46,300 nt of DNA from Bdellovibrionales bacterium RIFOXYD12_FULL_39_22 (GCA_001770205.1 MEQL01000035.1:124001-170300); one strand, 5' to 3'; positions 1 through 9,437 are shown, numbered from the stretch's first letter. Numbers and translations are program-made. The notes: generated by a model not told the origin, from the letters alone.

Positions 1-1
1 T

Positions 2-313
2 AATCTAATAATTCTAAATGCCGCCATATTGGGGATCTCGGTGGATGATACAATTCATTTGATGTACCACTATACTCAGCGCAAAAATTATTCGTCCTAC
101 GATAATCTAAAAATTACTTTAAGTGAGATATCAACGGCGCTAGTTAAAACAACTCTTTTTTTTATTCTAACCTTTCCCATTTTTTTTCTTACCTCCTTTA
201 ATTTTTTTCATGAGATGGCCCTTTTGATAATTGTTGCTTTTACAGTGGCCTTGCTTTGTGACTTGTTTGTTTTGCCAGCAACTTTACTGATTAAAGACGG
301 GGAACTGAAATAG
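2..313 (+). CDS. MMPL/RND family transporter, C-terminal part (5'-truncated by window edge)
   Basis: Frame is open from position 2 (NLIILNAAILGISVDDTIHLMYHY). The GISVDDTIH motif and the terminal TM helices ending CDLFVLPATL are typical of MMPL/RND C-termini. Confidence 0.85.
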   Translation, partial: NLIILNAAILGISVDDTIHLMYHYTQRKNYSSYDNLKITLSEISTALVKTTLFFILTFPIFFLTSFNFFHEMALLIIVAFTVALLCDLFVLPATLLIKDGELK

Positions 314-454
314 TCGGCCTTCTGGTGGGCATTTTTATCTATACAACTAAATTATGTCCCTGAAAAAACTTTAGCTTACTTTTCTGTTTGGGCCTACTTT
401 AAAGTTAGAGTACAATTATGGAGAAATGTATTTGATAAAATATTTGGAGGATTC

Positions 455-2002
455 ATGAAGATTTTTATTGTAACACTTTCTTTTTTAGCGATTAGCGCCT
501 TAGGAGTTTATACGCTGACAAGTAATAAGTATAAATTTTCCGAAGAGGGGAAGCGAGCGATTGCTTATAGCGATAAATCATCAGAGTTGGAAGTAGATGG
601 AGATCGATCGGTAATAGAGGAGATAAATGAAACAATTTTTGCAATTAGCACAGAAAAAGACATTGATAATCTAATTAAAAAAGTAGACGCAGAGTTAGCA
701 GAGCGGCCGATGGATGCCACCTTGCTTGTGTATAGCGCAATAATTTCTCCGCTAAAAGTTTTTAAGAGTTTTGGTTGGAGGGTTCTAGAGCTAGATGCGC
801 CTTTTGATTTTTGGGAAATAATGAGTGTTGCAGAACTTAGAGAGGTGGGCAAAAATTTGGATCGATGGGCCCCTCACTTTCGTCCACTATTTTACTATTT
901 GCTTCAGGGGGCGGATCATAAAAATATTTCTCAGGATCGGGCCTTCAGTGATTTTCAGAGATATTATTTGGAGACAATATATCCTGAACTGAATAAGAGT
1001 ATTCAAAAACTAAGCAAAGTGGCGGAAGGAATTGAAGATTATAACGTAGAAATTTTTGAAATGAACACTGCCCTATTTTTGGGAACTTCAAAAAATGAAA
1101 TGATAAATGAGGATTATAAGCATCTTAAATTTACCATAGAGCATGTTAATTTTTTACTTTCCAACTTTCATCGAATACAGGCCGTTTTGACTTATATTGC
1201 TTCTTATGATTTTGATGCGCTTAAAGCTTTTAGGGCATCGGTTGATGTCTACAATATGGGAAAAACTTTATTGGAAGGGACCTTTACGAATAACGATTAT
1301 AAGTTTTTACCACATGACTTTAGATATTATGAGGCCCTCCATGATGAGCGAATGAAGCATTATTTAAAAATTACCCACAAAAAAGATTTGAGCAAACTTT
1401 TTACTTTGAAAAATAATATGATTGTCAATTTGTCTCAAGAAAGAGTGCATACACTGGCCGCTTCGTTAGAGCATTTTCGACTTGCTAATAAATATAGAAT
1501 CAAGGCGGTGGATGGACTTAATATACAAAAGGATTATCCATCACCGCAAATTAAAAATCTTATCAATGCTGAAAACTATTTATCGCAAATTTGGGTTAAT
1601 AAGAAGACTTTGAAGAAAAGGGGAGAGGTGCTAAATTCAAATGGTGCCTATTCCTTTAAAGACGCTTTTTATACCTTTAGTTTTAATATAAATTTTTCTT
1701 CGTTGTTTGACCCAAAAAATCCTGCAATTTTTGATTTAAAAAAACTTATGCCAACTAAGGCCAATTTCGCTGGCCGAAATCGGACACCACTGGAGAGATT
1801 AAAAAATCAGATGGGAAAGACTGATAGTGAAAAATGGTTGATGAGTTTTGAAGATGATTCGCCAACTTCGTTGCCAGATTATAGATTCGGGCAATTATTT
1901 CCAAATGCGTCCTCGATGCAAGATTTGAAAGCGATTACTGGATCACTGGGACGAGATAATGCCCTGCCCTTTCTTAATGTTTGGTTGAGCTTATTCTTTT
2001 AG
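455..2002 (+). CDS. Hypothetical secreted/membrane-anchored protein (515 aa)
   Basis: Long ORF with GGAGG RBS upstream and an N-terminal hydrophobic signal/anchor (MKIFIVTLSFLAISALGVY). No recognisable catalytic motif. Confidence 0.75.
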   Translation: MKIFIVTLSFLAISALGVYTLTSNKYKFSEEGKRAIAYSDKSSELEVDGDRSVIEEINETIFAISTEKDIDNLIKKVDAELAERPMDATLLVYSAIISPLKVFKSFGWRVLELDAPFDFWEIMSVAELREVGKNLDRWAPHFRPLFYYLLQGADHKNISQDRAFSDFQRYYLETIYPELNKSIQKLSKVAEGIEDYNVEIFEMNTALFLGTSKNEMINEDYKHLKFTIEHVNFLLSNFHRIQAVLTYIASYDFDALKAFRASVDVYNMGKTLLEGTFTNNDYKFLPHDFRYYEALHDERMKHYLKITHKKDLSKLFTLKNNMIVNLSQERVHTLAASLEHFRLANKYRIKAVDGLNIQKDYPSPQIKNLINAENYLSQIWVNKKTLKKRGEVLNSNGAYSFKDAFYTFSFNINFSSLFDPKNPAIFDLKKLMPTKANFAGRNRTPLERLKNQMGKTDSEKWLMSFEDDSPTSLPDYRFGQLFPNASSMQDLKAITGSLGRDNALPFLNVWLSLFF

Positions 2003-2060
2003 TAGTAGAAAGAGCAAGCACTGTTTTCCCCACAGGTGTTTAGTTTCTAGGAGAAATTCT

Positions 2061-2984
2061 ATGGAGTTTGGGGCTTTTTTAATTGCACTGTTTGTTACCA
2101 TGGGGGTGAAAATCTCCGTAATTTTTACCACTCTTTTCCTTTTGTGGAAGATGATTAAGTTGCGAGTGGTTCAGAAAGAGTTGCTGGCCGAATCGGTGGC
2201 CAATCAGGAAAGCTATAAAATTTTTAATCTGCTTTTTTGGTCCTTGATTTTGTTTTTTTTCTCTGAGGTGTTTTGTGGTATTGAAACTTATATTCTGATG
2301 CGCTCTGATTATTTAGGAAGAATTACTCATTCCCTCTCCTCCAGCACTGGCCTGGCCGTTTTTTTACTGGGCCTTTTTATGCTGTTGGATAAGCATTTAA
2401 TCCGCTTTGCTAAACCTAAGTGTATGTTTATTCCTGTATGTAGGGAGTGCACACTTTTTTCAGAGAATAATTGCAAGTTTTCTAAAATGGTGATTATTTT
2501 TTTTCTTTTTGTATTATTGGCCTGCCTTCCCCCGTTTTTTGCTAGTACCGACTATATGGGAGCAGAGGTGGAAAAATTTACTCTTCCTTTTGCTGGCCTG
2601 AATAATTGGTATGATGGCACTTTGTTACCGCTGCTTCAACGTTTGAATCCTAATTATATTCCGGTGCGTAATGCTATCTATTTAGATCGAGCTCCTCAGA
2701 TTTTAGATTATCGCCTTACTCCATTAGTTGCTTTAATTTTTATTTTCACTGGACTTATTTTGTATTTGGCAAAAGATCAAAGACGTCGTACTGCGGGTAT
2801 CAATTTGGCCATATTAGGTATTGGACTGATTGGTTTTACTTATTATGAGTTGGTGTTAAATCGTGCAACCAATGATCTTTTTGTTGGTGCCGTCGGCCAT
2901 GAAATCGGCGAATTGTTGTATCTTTTATTTTTTTATCAACTACTGAAAATATTTTATATGAGGCCACCCCATGTCAAAATTTAG
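2061..2984 (+). CDS. Polytopic membrane protein of unknown function with a Cys4 loop
   Basis: AGGAG RBS; about 6-8 hydrophobic segments; loop CMFIPVCRECTLFSENNC; overlaps the start of the next gene. Confidence 0.75.
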   Translation: MEFGAFLIALFVTMGVKISVIFTTLFLLWKMIKLRVVQKELLAESVANQESYKIFNLLFWSLILFFFSEVFCGIETYILMRSDYLGRITHSLSSSTGLAVFLLGLFMLLDKHLIRFAKPKCMFIPVCRECTLFSENNCKFSKMVIIFFLFVLLACLPPFFASTDYMGAEVEKFTLPFAGLNNWYDGTLLPLLQRLNPNYIPVRNAIYLDRAPQILDYRLTPLVALIFIFTGLILYLAKDQRRRTAGINLAILGIGLIGFTYYELVLNRATNDLFVGAVGHEIGELLYLLFFYQLLKIFYMRPPHVKI

Positions 2985-4386
2985 GGAATCTTCTTTTTTT
3001 TCAATAAGTGAATCTATATGCCCAGTTTGTAGAAGAATTTTGAGTGGGAAGATTTTACTTAAAGAGGGAAAGGTTTTTCTTGCTAAGCGATGTCCTGAAC
3101 ATGGGCACTTTGAAGCTCTTTTGTCATCCGATGATAAATATTGGGTTAATTCTCTTTCTTATACCAAGCCCGGCCAGCTGCCGCTTAAATTTTCTAAGGC
3201 CTTTGATAAAGGATGTCCGGAAGATTGTGGACTTTGTGAAGAACATGAGCAGCACACCTGCTCCCCAATTATTGAGATCAATAACAAATGTGATCTGGAA
3301 TGTCCGGTCTGTATTGTTTGGAATGAGAATAATTATGAGATGAGCTTTGAGGATTTTAAAAAAATTGTAGATGGATTAATTGAAAAAGAGGGAAGTTTAG
3401 AATTGGTATTATTAAGTGGAGGGGAGCCGACTCTTCACTCGCAGTTTGAAAAATTTGCTCAATATATTACCTCTAAAAAAGAGATTAAACGAGTTCTAAT
3501 TTCTTCCCATGGATTACGTATTGCTAAAGACGAGGAGTTTGCCAAGAGATTTGCCCAGCTAGGCCTATATCTATCTTTGCAATTTGATACGCTTCGAGGG
3601 GATGTTTACGAAAAATTGCGCGGTAGAGATCTTTTGGCCGATAAGATGAAGTGCTTGGAGCGATGTGAAAAATATAAAATACCAACGGTAATAGTGCCTA
3701 CTATTGCGCGGGGGTATAATGAAGATGAGGTGGGGGCGTTGGCCAATTTTGCTTTTAAGCATGATTTTATTACTTCAGTAACTTTTCAACCAATGGCCTA
3801 TACGGGAAAAGGAGGAAGCTCTTTTTCTGTGGATGAATCGCTGCCTATAACTCAGGCCGACATGCATCAGCTTTTGGCCACACAAACGGATTGGCTAAAA
3901 AAAGAGGATTTTTTGCCAATTCCTTGCTCTCATCCTCAATGTTATTCTGCCACCTATTTGTTAAAGGTAGCGGAGGCTGAATTTATTCCACTTACTAGAT
4001 TTGGTGAAATCAACTCCTATCTAGATGCAATGGCCAATCGGGCCTTACTAGATTCGGGTGGACGTACAGCAGAAATGTTGCAAGATGCCGTCTATAGCTT
4101 GTGGTCGGCACAATCCATTACTGTTGATTCAAAAAAAGTAAATGACTCTTTAAAAAATATTATTAAGCAAAATCAGGCCAGCTGTTGTGCTCTTGATTTG
4201 CAAAAATATAACGAGGGTAAATTTAAGGCCATTTTTATCCATTCGTTTATGGATGAAAATAACTTTGAGGTTTCTCGGATTAGAAAGTGTTGTACTCATT
4301 ATGCATTACCAGATGGAAGGTTAATGCCTGGATGTTCCTATAACAACATTCATCGACATCGAGATGAGCGTTTAAAGAGAAAATGA
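2971..4386 (+). CDS. Radical SAM protein, tetraether lipid synthase (Tes/GDGT-MAS, MJ0619)-like
   Basis: N-terminal CPVC..KRCPEHG metal site, CPEDCGLCEEH auxiliary cluster, CDLECPVC radical SAM motif, SGGEPT, PCSHPQC, and C-terminal FMD..KCCTHY.LPDGR.MPGCSYN. This is the motif order of the MJ0619/Tes family. Confidence 0.85.
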   Translation: MSKFRESSFFSISESICPVCRRILSGKILLKEGKVFLAKRCPEHGHFEALLSSDDKYWVNSLSYTKPGQLPLKFSKAFDKGCPEDCGLCEEHEQHTCSPIIEINNKCDLECPVCIVWNENNYEMSFEDFKKIVDGLIEKEGSLELVLLSGGEPTLHSQFEKFAQYITSKKEIKRVLISSHGLRIAKDEEFAKRFAQLGLYLSLQFDTLRGDVYEKLRGRDLLADKMKCLERCEKYKIPTVIVPTIARGYNEDEVGALANFAFKHDFITSVTFQPMAYTGKGGSSFSVDESLPITQADMHQLLATQTDWLKKEDFLPIPCSHPQCYSATYLLKVAEAEFIPLTRFGEINSYLDAMANRALLDSGGRTAEMLQDAVYSLWSAQSITVDSKKVNDSLKNIIKQNQASCCALDLQKYNEGKFKAIFIHSFMDENNFEVSRIRKCCTHYALPDGRLMPGCSYNNIHRHRDERLKRK

Positions 4387-6668
4387 AAATTACAAGAATT
4401 TTACTTATTCACTCTTCCCACTATAATGATCAAGGCCAGGTGGTGCGATCGAGTTCTTTGTTTGATAGATTGACAATAACCAATGTTGCCCCGTTAGCAC
4501 TTCCCTTGTTGGCCGCTTATGTCCCGGCCGCTGTTGATGTTGAAATTGTTGAAGATTGTTTTGAAGAGATTGATGTGAATGATCCGGCGGAAGTTGTTGG
4601 TATTTCTGCGCAAGTGATGCAAATTGATCGGGCGCGAGATTTAGCAAAGATGTTTAAAAGTCGAGGGAAAATTGTTGTCATGGGGGGATATCTCCCCACA
4701 ATGCATCCAGAATTAGTGCAAGATTTTGTGGATAGTTTATGTATCGGCGATGGAGAACAGGCCTGGCCGCAGATGTTAGAAGACATAGAAAAGGGAGTGT
4801 TGCAAAAAAGATATTATGGATCTTCTGAAGAATCTCTGCATGGAATAAAAGTCCCACGCTATGATCTGATAAAAAAAGATCGCTTTGTCTTATATCCTAT
4901 TTTTGCAACTAGAGGGTGTCCTTTTACCTGTGATTATTGCTCGATCATTCAATTTCACAAAAAAAATTACCGCCTGCGCCCAGTAGAAGAGGTGATTCGC
5001 GATATTAAAGCTACAAAAACAAGATGGATCTACTTTTGTGATGATGGCCTGATGGAAAATGTAAAATATAGCAAGGAACTGTTTCGGGCCATGAAAGATT
5101 TGCATGTGGTGTGGGGAACGCAGACTACTATTAATTGTGCTAACGATCCAGAGTTGTTAGCACTTGCTTATCAGGCCGGTTGTCGCTTTGTGGCCCTAGG
5201 AATGGAGTCTTTATCTCAAAAAAATCTGCAGGCGATGAATAAGACAATTAATAGGATCGATCAATTTAGCAAGCAGATTGAGACTATTCATAAGTTTAAA
5301 ATTGCCGCTCATGTTTTGATTATTTTTGGATTAGATGAGGATACTCCGCAAACTTATGAAGAGACCTTTAACTACTTAATGAAGCTCAATGTTCTAGTTG
5401 CCGAATTTTTTCTTTGCACCCCGTATCCGGCAACTCCTTTTGGCAAAAGAATGTTAGCGAATAATCGTATGCTAACAACTGATTTGGCAAAATATCGAGA
5501 AGGATATCTAACTTTTAAACATCCCACGATGAGTGAAGATGAAATTATAACTAACTACTGGCACACCTTACGCCGCTTTTATTCACTCTTTAACATTGCT
5601 ATACGTTTTTTTAAAGGTAGCTACAAGAACAGATTTTATCATTTGGCAAATGCACTTTCTTATTGGGTTAAGATAAAGCGTAATATTATTCCGGTCTATT
5701 TTGGACAAGGAAATCGGCCGGTTGCTCCAAAATCCTTTGACCCGGTGGGTATTTGGACTTCAGTGTTAGGCAATTTTGGTGAGTTTACGGAAATATTTTT
5801 TGCCAAGGATAATCAGACTGTATGGATGTCGCATGAAAAATATGACGGAGTTGGTGCTTTTGCTAAATTACTTAGAGAGAGTGGACTACGAGTGGGGGTT
5901 CTTTTTGATATATCGGCCAAGCTTCAGCGGCCTTTAACTATTTTTCAAAAAAGTTGGGCCATTTTTTTGTATTTAAAAGATAGTTTTCCCAGGAAAACAT
6001 TTTGGAAAAAAGAACAATTAGAGGTTGTTGGCAAAAAACTTTCGCCGGCCATGCTTGCATTTTCTTTAGAGGAAACTTTGCAGATTAAACAGCAGGCCAA
6101 GCAAAAGGGAGTCTCGTTAAATAGTTGGCTTCTTTTTCATTTAGATCAAATAGTCTCTCAGGAGTTATTGGCCAAGAATCAAGAAAAGTGGTGGCTAATT
6201 CCTTGCAATATGCGTCCCTATGTTGTCAAAGTACCAGATACTGGAAATCATGCTTCCTATGTAGTGGCCAAAATAGCGGCCAAGGATGGGCCAAAGGAAA
6301 TTCATCAGAAAGTAAAAAAAATGCTTTCTAATAATTATCATTGGGGCGCCTGGTATGTTTTTCAGATTTCACGCTGGATAAAAATAATTGGAATGAAAAT
6401 GATTTTTTCTAATTATTATAGAAACAATCATTCATGGGTTGGAACACTTAGTAATCTGGGAGCATGGCCACCAGATGGTAATCAAGCTACAAAAGAACTA
6501 TGGTATTTTTGTCCTCCGGCCACGCGCGCCCATCCGGTGGCGGCCGGAAGTTTAATATGGAAGGAGCAATTAACTTTAACGTTACAAATTCATCCACGTA
6601 TTGGATTGGAAGAAGAATTGGCCTCTAAAATTTTAAAACTTTGGCAAAATGCGCTTAAGGAAAATTGA
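4383..6668 (+). CDS. Cobalamin-binding radical SAM enzyme fused to a C-terminal CoA/ACP-dependent acyltransferase (condensation-like, HxxxDG) domain
   Basis: B12-binding domain (PLALPLLAA, VVGIS, VVMGG, IGDGE) and TRGCPFTCDYC. After about residue 450: SHEKYDG, GVSLN, IPCNMR, GNH and SNLG motifs of the PapA5/WS-DGAT/condensation fold. ATGA overlap with the upstream gene. Confidence 0.8.
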   Translation: MKITRILLIHSSHYNDQGQVVRSSSLFDRLTITNVAPLALPLLAAYVPAAVDVEIVEDCFEEIDVNDPAEVVGISAQVMQIDRARDLAKMFKSRGKIVVMGGYLPTMHPELVQDFVDSLCIGDGEQAWPQMLEDIEKGVLQKRYYGSSEESLHGIKVPRYDLIKKDRFVLYPIFATRGCPFTCDYCSIIQFHKKNYRLRPVEEVIRDIKATKTRWIYFCDDGLMENVKYSKELFRAMKDLHVVWGTQTTINCANDPELLALAYQAGCRFVALGMESLSQKNLQAMNKTINRIDQFSKQIETIHKFKIAAHVLIIFGLDEDTPQTYEETFNYLMKLNVLVAEFFLCTPYPATPFGKRMLANNRMLTTDLAKYREGYLTFKHPTMSEDEIITNYWHTLRRFYSLFNIAIRFFKGSYKNRFYHLANALSYWVKIKRNIIPVYFGQGNRPVAPKSFDPVGIWTSVLGNFGEFTEIFFAKDNQTVWMSHEKYDGVGAFAKLLRESGLRVGVLFDISAKLQRPLTIFQKSWAIFLYLKDSFPRKTFWKKEQLEVVGKKLSPAMLAFSLEETLQIKQQAKQKGVSLNSWLLFHLDQIVSQELLAKNQEKWWLIPCNMRPYVVKVPDTGNHASYVVAKIAAKDGPKEIHQKVKKMLSNNYHWGAWYVFQISRWIKIIGMKMIFSNYYRNNHSWVGTLSNLGAWPPDGNQATKELWYFCPPATRAHPVAAGSLIWKEQLTLTLQIHPRIGLEEELASKILKLWQNALKEN

Positions 6669-7408
6669 TGTATAAAAAGTTATTGCTAAAAGATAAGAAA
6701 GTGGTGGTTACGGGTGGTTCAAAAGGGCTAGGACGAGCAGTTGTTCTTGCTTGTGCCAAAGAAGGAGCACAAGTGGCCTTCACGTATGCCCATGATGATG
6801 CTGCTGCCACCAAAACAGAACAATTGGTTGGAAGTGTCGGTTTTAAATATAAAATAAGTGCAACCTCGCTTGTGGAAAATATCAAGATGGCCCAAGAGTT
6901 AAAAGAACGCTGGGGAGGAATTGATATTCTTATCAATAATGCGGGCAGAAGTGAATTTTTGCCAATGGCACTTATGGAGGAGTCGGATTGGCGGACAACT
7001 CTCGATTTAAATCTTACGGGTGCTTTCATTACAGTCAAGGCCTTTCTTCCTCTGATGGTTGCGCAAAAAAAAGGACATGTGATGAATGTTGGATCATTGG
7101 CCGGGGTTCGGATTTTGGCCGCCCCCATCGATTATTCGGCCAGCAAGGCCGGCCTAAAAGGTTTTAGTGAAGCGTTGGCCAAGGAGGTTGGCCGCTATAA
7201 TATTCAAGTTAACTGCTTTGCCCCTGGGATTTTGGATGGAGGGGTCGCGATGGGAATTCCAGAAAATAAAATTAGAGACTATATCGATCAGTTATCAATC
7301 AAGCGTATTGCTACTTTTGATGAGGCGGCCAGGGCCTTGGCCTTTTTTGTTTCAGATAAAAACTCTTACATGTCGGGAGCTACACTAATTTTTGATGGTG
7401 GATTGTAA
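6668..7408 (+). CDS. fabG: 3-oxoacyl-ACP reductase (SDR), catalytically intact
   Basis: TGGSKGLG, NNAG, GS and YSASK catalytic motif, APG, DGGL end. The ATG overlaps the upstream TGA. Confidence 0.88.
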   Translation: MYKKLLLKDKKVVVTGGSKGLGRAVVLACAKEGAQVAFTYAHDDAAATKTEQLVGSVGFKYKISATSLVENIKMAQELKERWGGIDILINNAGRSEFLPMALMEESDWRTTLDLNLTGAFITVKAFLPLMVAQKKGHVMNVGSLAGVRILAAPIDYSASKAGLKGFSEALAKEVGRYNIQVNCFAPGILDGGVAMGIPENKIRDYIDQLSIKRIATFDEAARALAFFVSDKNSYMSGATLIFDGGL

Positions 7409-7411
7409 AAA

Positions 7412-8116
7412 ATGCAAGAGATTAAGGTGCAACAAAAACATTTTTTGGTTTATGGTGGATCTGGCCATGTTGGCCATGCACTTGTTTGTGCCCTTTTGCA
7501 AGAAGGCCACAAAGTGACGGCCACCTATTGTAATAACAAAATAACAATGGCCCATCAAAATTTAGAGGTAATTTTTTTTGATATGAGTTCCTCTTTGCCA
7601 ATTGTTATCCCCGGGCCGTTGGATGGAATTGCCTTTTGTATCGGCCTAGATAAAAAAGCGCAGGCCATAAAAAAAATAGAGGAGAGTATGGCCCAAAACG
7701 TGGGAGAGTCCGCTCATCTTTTTTCACGTCTGGCCGTTGGGGGAATTCAAGCAGGACTTCCTTCTTTGCGTCAGTCATCCAACCCGAATATAGTCTTTAT
7801 TGGTTCGCTGGTAGGAAGCAAGGCCTTTATTTCACCTTTAGAATTTGCCGCCAGTCAAGGTGCTATGAATGGATTGATAGAAGTACTAAGCAAAGATTTG
7901 GGACGAGATAAGATTAAAATTAACTCAATTGCACCTGGTGTTTTAGAGGGGGGAGCTAGCGAGAATTTGTCCAAGCAGCTTAAATATGATTACCTAAAAC
8001 ATTGCTCTTTGCGAAGATATGGAAAGGCCATAGAAGTGGCAAATATGGCAGTCTGGTTTTTAGAAGAAAATAGTTACATAACTGGTAAAACAATTGTGCT
8101 TGATGGAGGTTTATAG
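7412..8116 (+). CDS. FabG-like SDR with degenerate active site (probable non-catalytic partner)
   Basis: GGSGHVG Rossmann motif, INSIAPG and DGGL are retained, but YxxxK is replaced by FAASQ and NNAG is lost. Confidence 0.8.
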   Translation: MQEIKVQQKHFLVYGGSGHVGHALVCALLQEGHKVTATYCNNKITMAHQNLEVIFFDMSSSLPIVIPGPLDGIAFCIGLDKKAQAIKKIEESMAQNVGESAHLFSRLAVGGIQAGLPSLRQSSNPNIVFIGSLVGSKAFISPLEFAASQGAMNGLIEVLSKDLGRDKIKINSIAPGVLEGGASENLSKQLKYDYLKHCSLRRYGKAIEVANMAVWFLEENSYITGKTIVLDGGL

Positions 8117-8592
8117 TGCGATACTATCTTTTAGACAAAATAACGCAAATTAAAGTTGATGAAAGTGCCAGTGGGATTAAATGTATTTCTTTCACGGATG
8201 AAGTTTTGCATGATCATTTCCCAGACAATCCTATTATGCCTGGTGCTTTGATTGTAGAAGGAGTGGCCCAATTGGCCGGTTTTTTGCTGGAAGTAAGTTA
8301 CAATAAAAGTGATGATAATATTGTTAGAGCGGTGCTTTGTCAGATAGATAAAATGAAATTTTATAAAATGAGTGTGCCGGGGGATCAGTTGATTTATAAT
8401 GCCAAGATCCTTTCAAAAATGTCAGATGCTGCGCAAGTGGCAGTGGAGGTTTTTTGCAAAGAAGAATTACATGCGCAAGGTAAAATAACTTTTCAACTTT
8501 TGCCAATTGACTCGGAAAATGTCAATAATCAGCGTCGATCGCTTTATAAAATTTGGACCAAAGGAGTAGAAAATTGTCCAACGCTAAGATAA
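8116..8592 (+). CDS. fabZ: 3-hydroxyacyl-ACP dehydratase (FabZ/FabA hotdog)
   Basis: YYLLDKI and DHFPDNPIMPGALIVEGVAQ with catalytic His and Glu, VPGDQL. The GTG start overlaps the upstream TAG. Confidence 0.88.
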   Translation: MRYYLLDKITQIKVDESASGIKCISFTDEVLHDHFPDNPIMPGALIVEGVAQLAGFLLEVSYNKSDDNIVRAVLCQIDKMKFYKMSVPGDQLIYNAKILSKMSDAAQVAVEVFCKEELHAQGKITFQLLPIDSENVNNQRRSLYKIWTKGVENCPTLR

Positions 8593-9437
8593 ACATTGTC
8601 GGCTTTGCCAGTTTCACTCAAGGTGATCCCTTTGCTACGGCCCGCCAGCTTTTGAAAGATAAGAAGCTTTTTAAGTTTTTATCTAAACAAGATGCGCTCG
8701 GATTATCTGCTGCCGGCCAGGCCTGGAGTCAGGCGCAAATTGAGCGGATAGATGCTAATTACAGTGAACGCACGGGGATATATCTTTGTGTGGGGATTTT
8801 GCCCTTCGAAGATGGCCCGTTGCATACGCTCTATGAAAACTCTAAAGAAGGTGATCACTTTTCAATGAAAAATTTTTCAAATAAGGCCTTTCCTGCGATG
8901 AATCCACTTCTAACATTTAAGTGTTTGCCCAATATGCCTCTTTTTCATATCTCCAATAATTTTCAAATTACGGGCCGCTATTTTATGACTTATCCTGGAA
9001 TTCCAGAGTGGTTTGAAGTTTTAAAACGGGCCATTGATGATTTGAATGAGGGCGTTGTTGAGTATGCGATTGTGGGGGCCATTGCTGATCAGCAAAATTT
9101 TTTAGTCTCGCATCATTTACAAAGAATAAATCATGCGCTGGCGGCCAGGGCAATTGATGCTTCTTCGGTGCTAATTTTGTCGGCCGGCCAAAAACTTACC
9201 TCCTTTGGAAAGATAGAAGAGGTTTCTGTTTCCTATCGGCCTTTTGATCCTTTGGGCCAAAAAGAGTTGTTAATACAAAGCGCGGACGATTATCAGACAG
9301 ATAGTTTTACGGGAGTGGCACAGGCCTCACTGTTTTTCACGGAAGCACTGGCACGCACGGAATTAAAAATGCCACTTCGCTATTGCTGGCGTGGCGATGA
9401 GTGGAATTATTGCGCACTTACGGTGGGGCCGCCATGA
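8574..9437 (+). CDS. Beta-ketoacyl synthase-like protein lacking catalytic Cys (chain-length-factor-like)
   Basis: KS N-domain features (KFLSKQDALGLSAA, ERTGIYL, NPLLTFKCLPNM, ITG) but no ACA motif and a short C-terminus. A TTG start at 8574 follows AAGGAG (the ORF track starts at 8553). Confidence 0.75.
   Translation: MSNAKINIVGFASFTQGDPFATARQLLKDKKLFKFLSKQDALGLSAAGQAWSQAQIERIDANYSERTGIYLCVGILPFEDGPLHTLYENSKEGDHFSMKNFSNKAFPAMNPLLTFKCLPNMPLFHISNNFQITGRYFMTYPGIPEWFEVLKRAIDDLNEGVVEYAIVGAIADQQNFLVSHHLQRINHALAARAIDASSVLILSAGQKLTSFGKIEEVSVSYRPFDPLGQKELLIQSADDYQTDSFTGVAQASLFFTEALARTELKMPLRYCWRGDEWNYCALTVGPP

Noticed and set aside
2006..2049. Weak hairpin just before the RBS of the membrane-protein gene
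   Set aside because: Imperfect AT-rich stem; cannot be distinguished from chance and matches no riboswitch (e.g. no cobalamin B12-box).
6655..7128. 157 aa minus-strand ORF opposite fabG
   Set aside because: Antisense shadow of a well-supported SDR gene; such open antisense frames are common.
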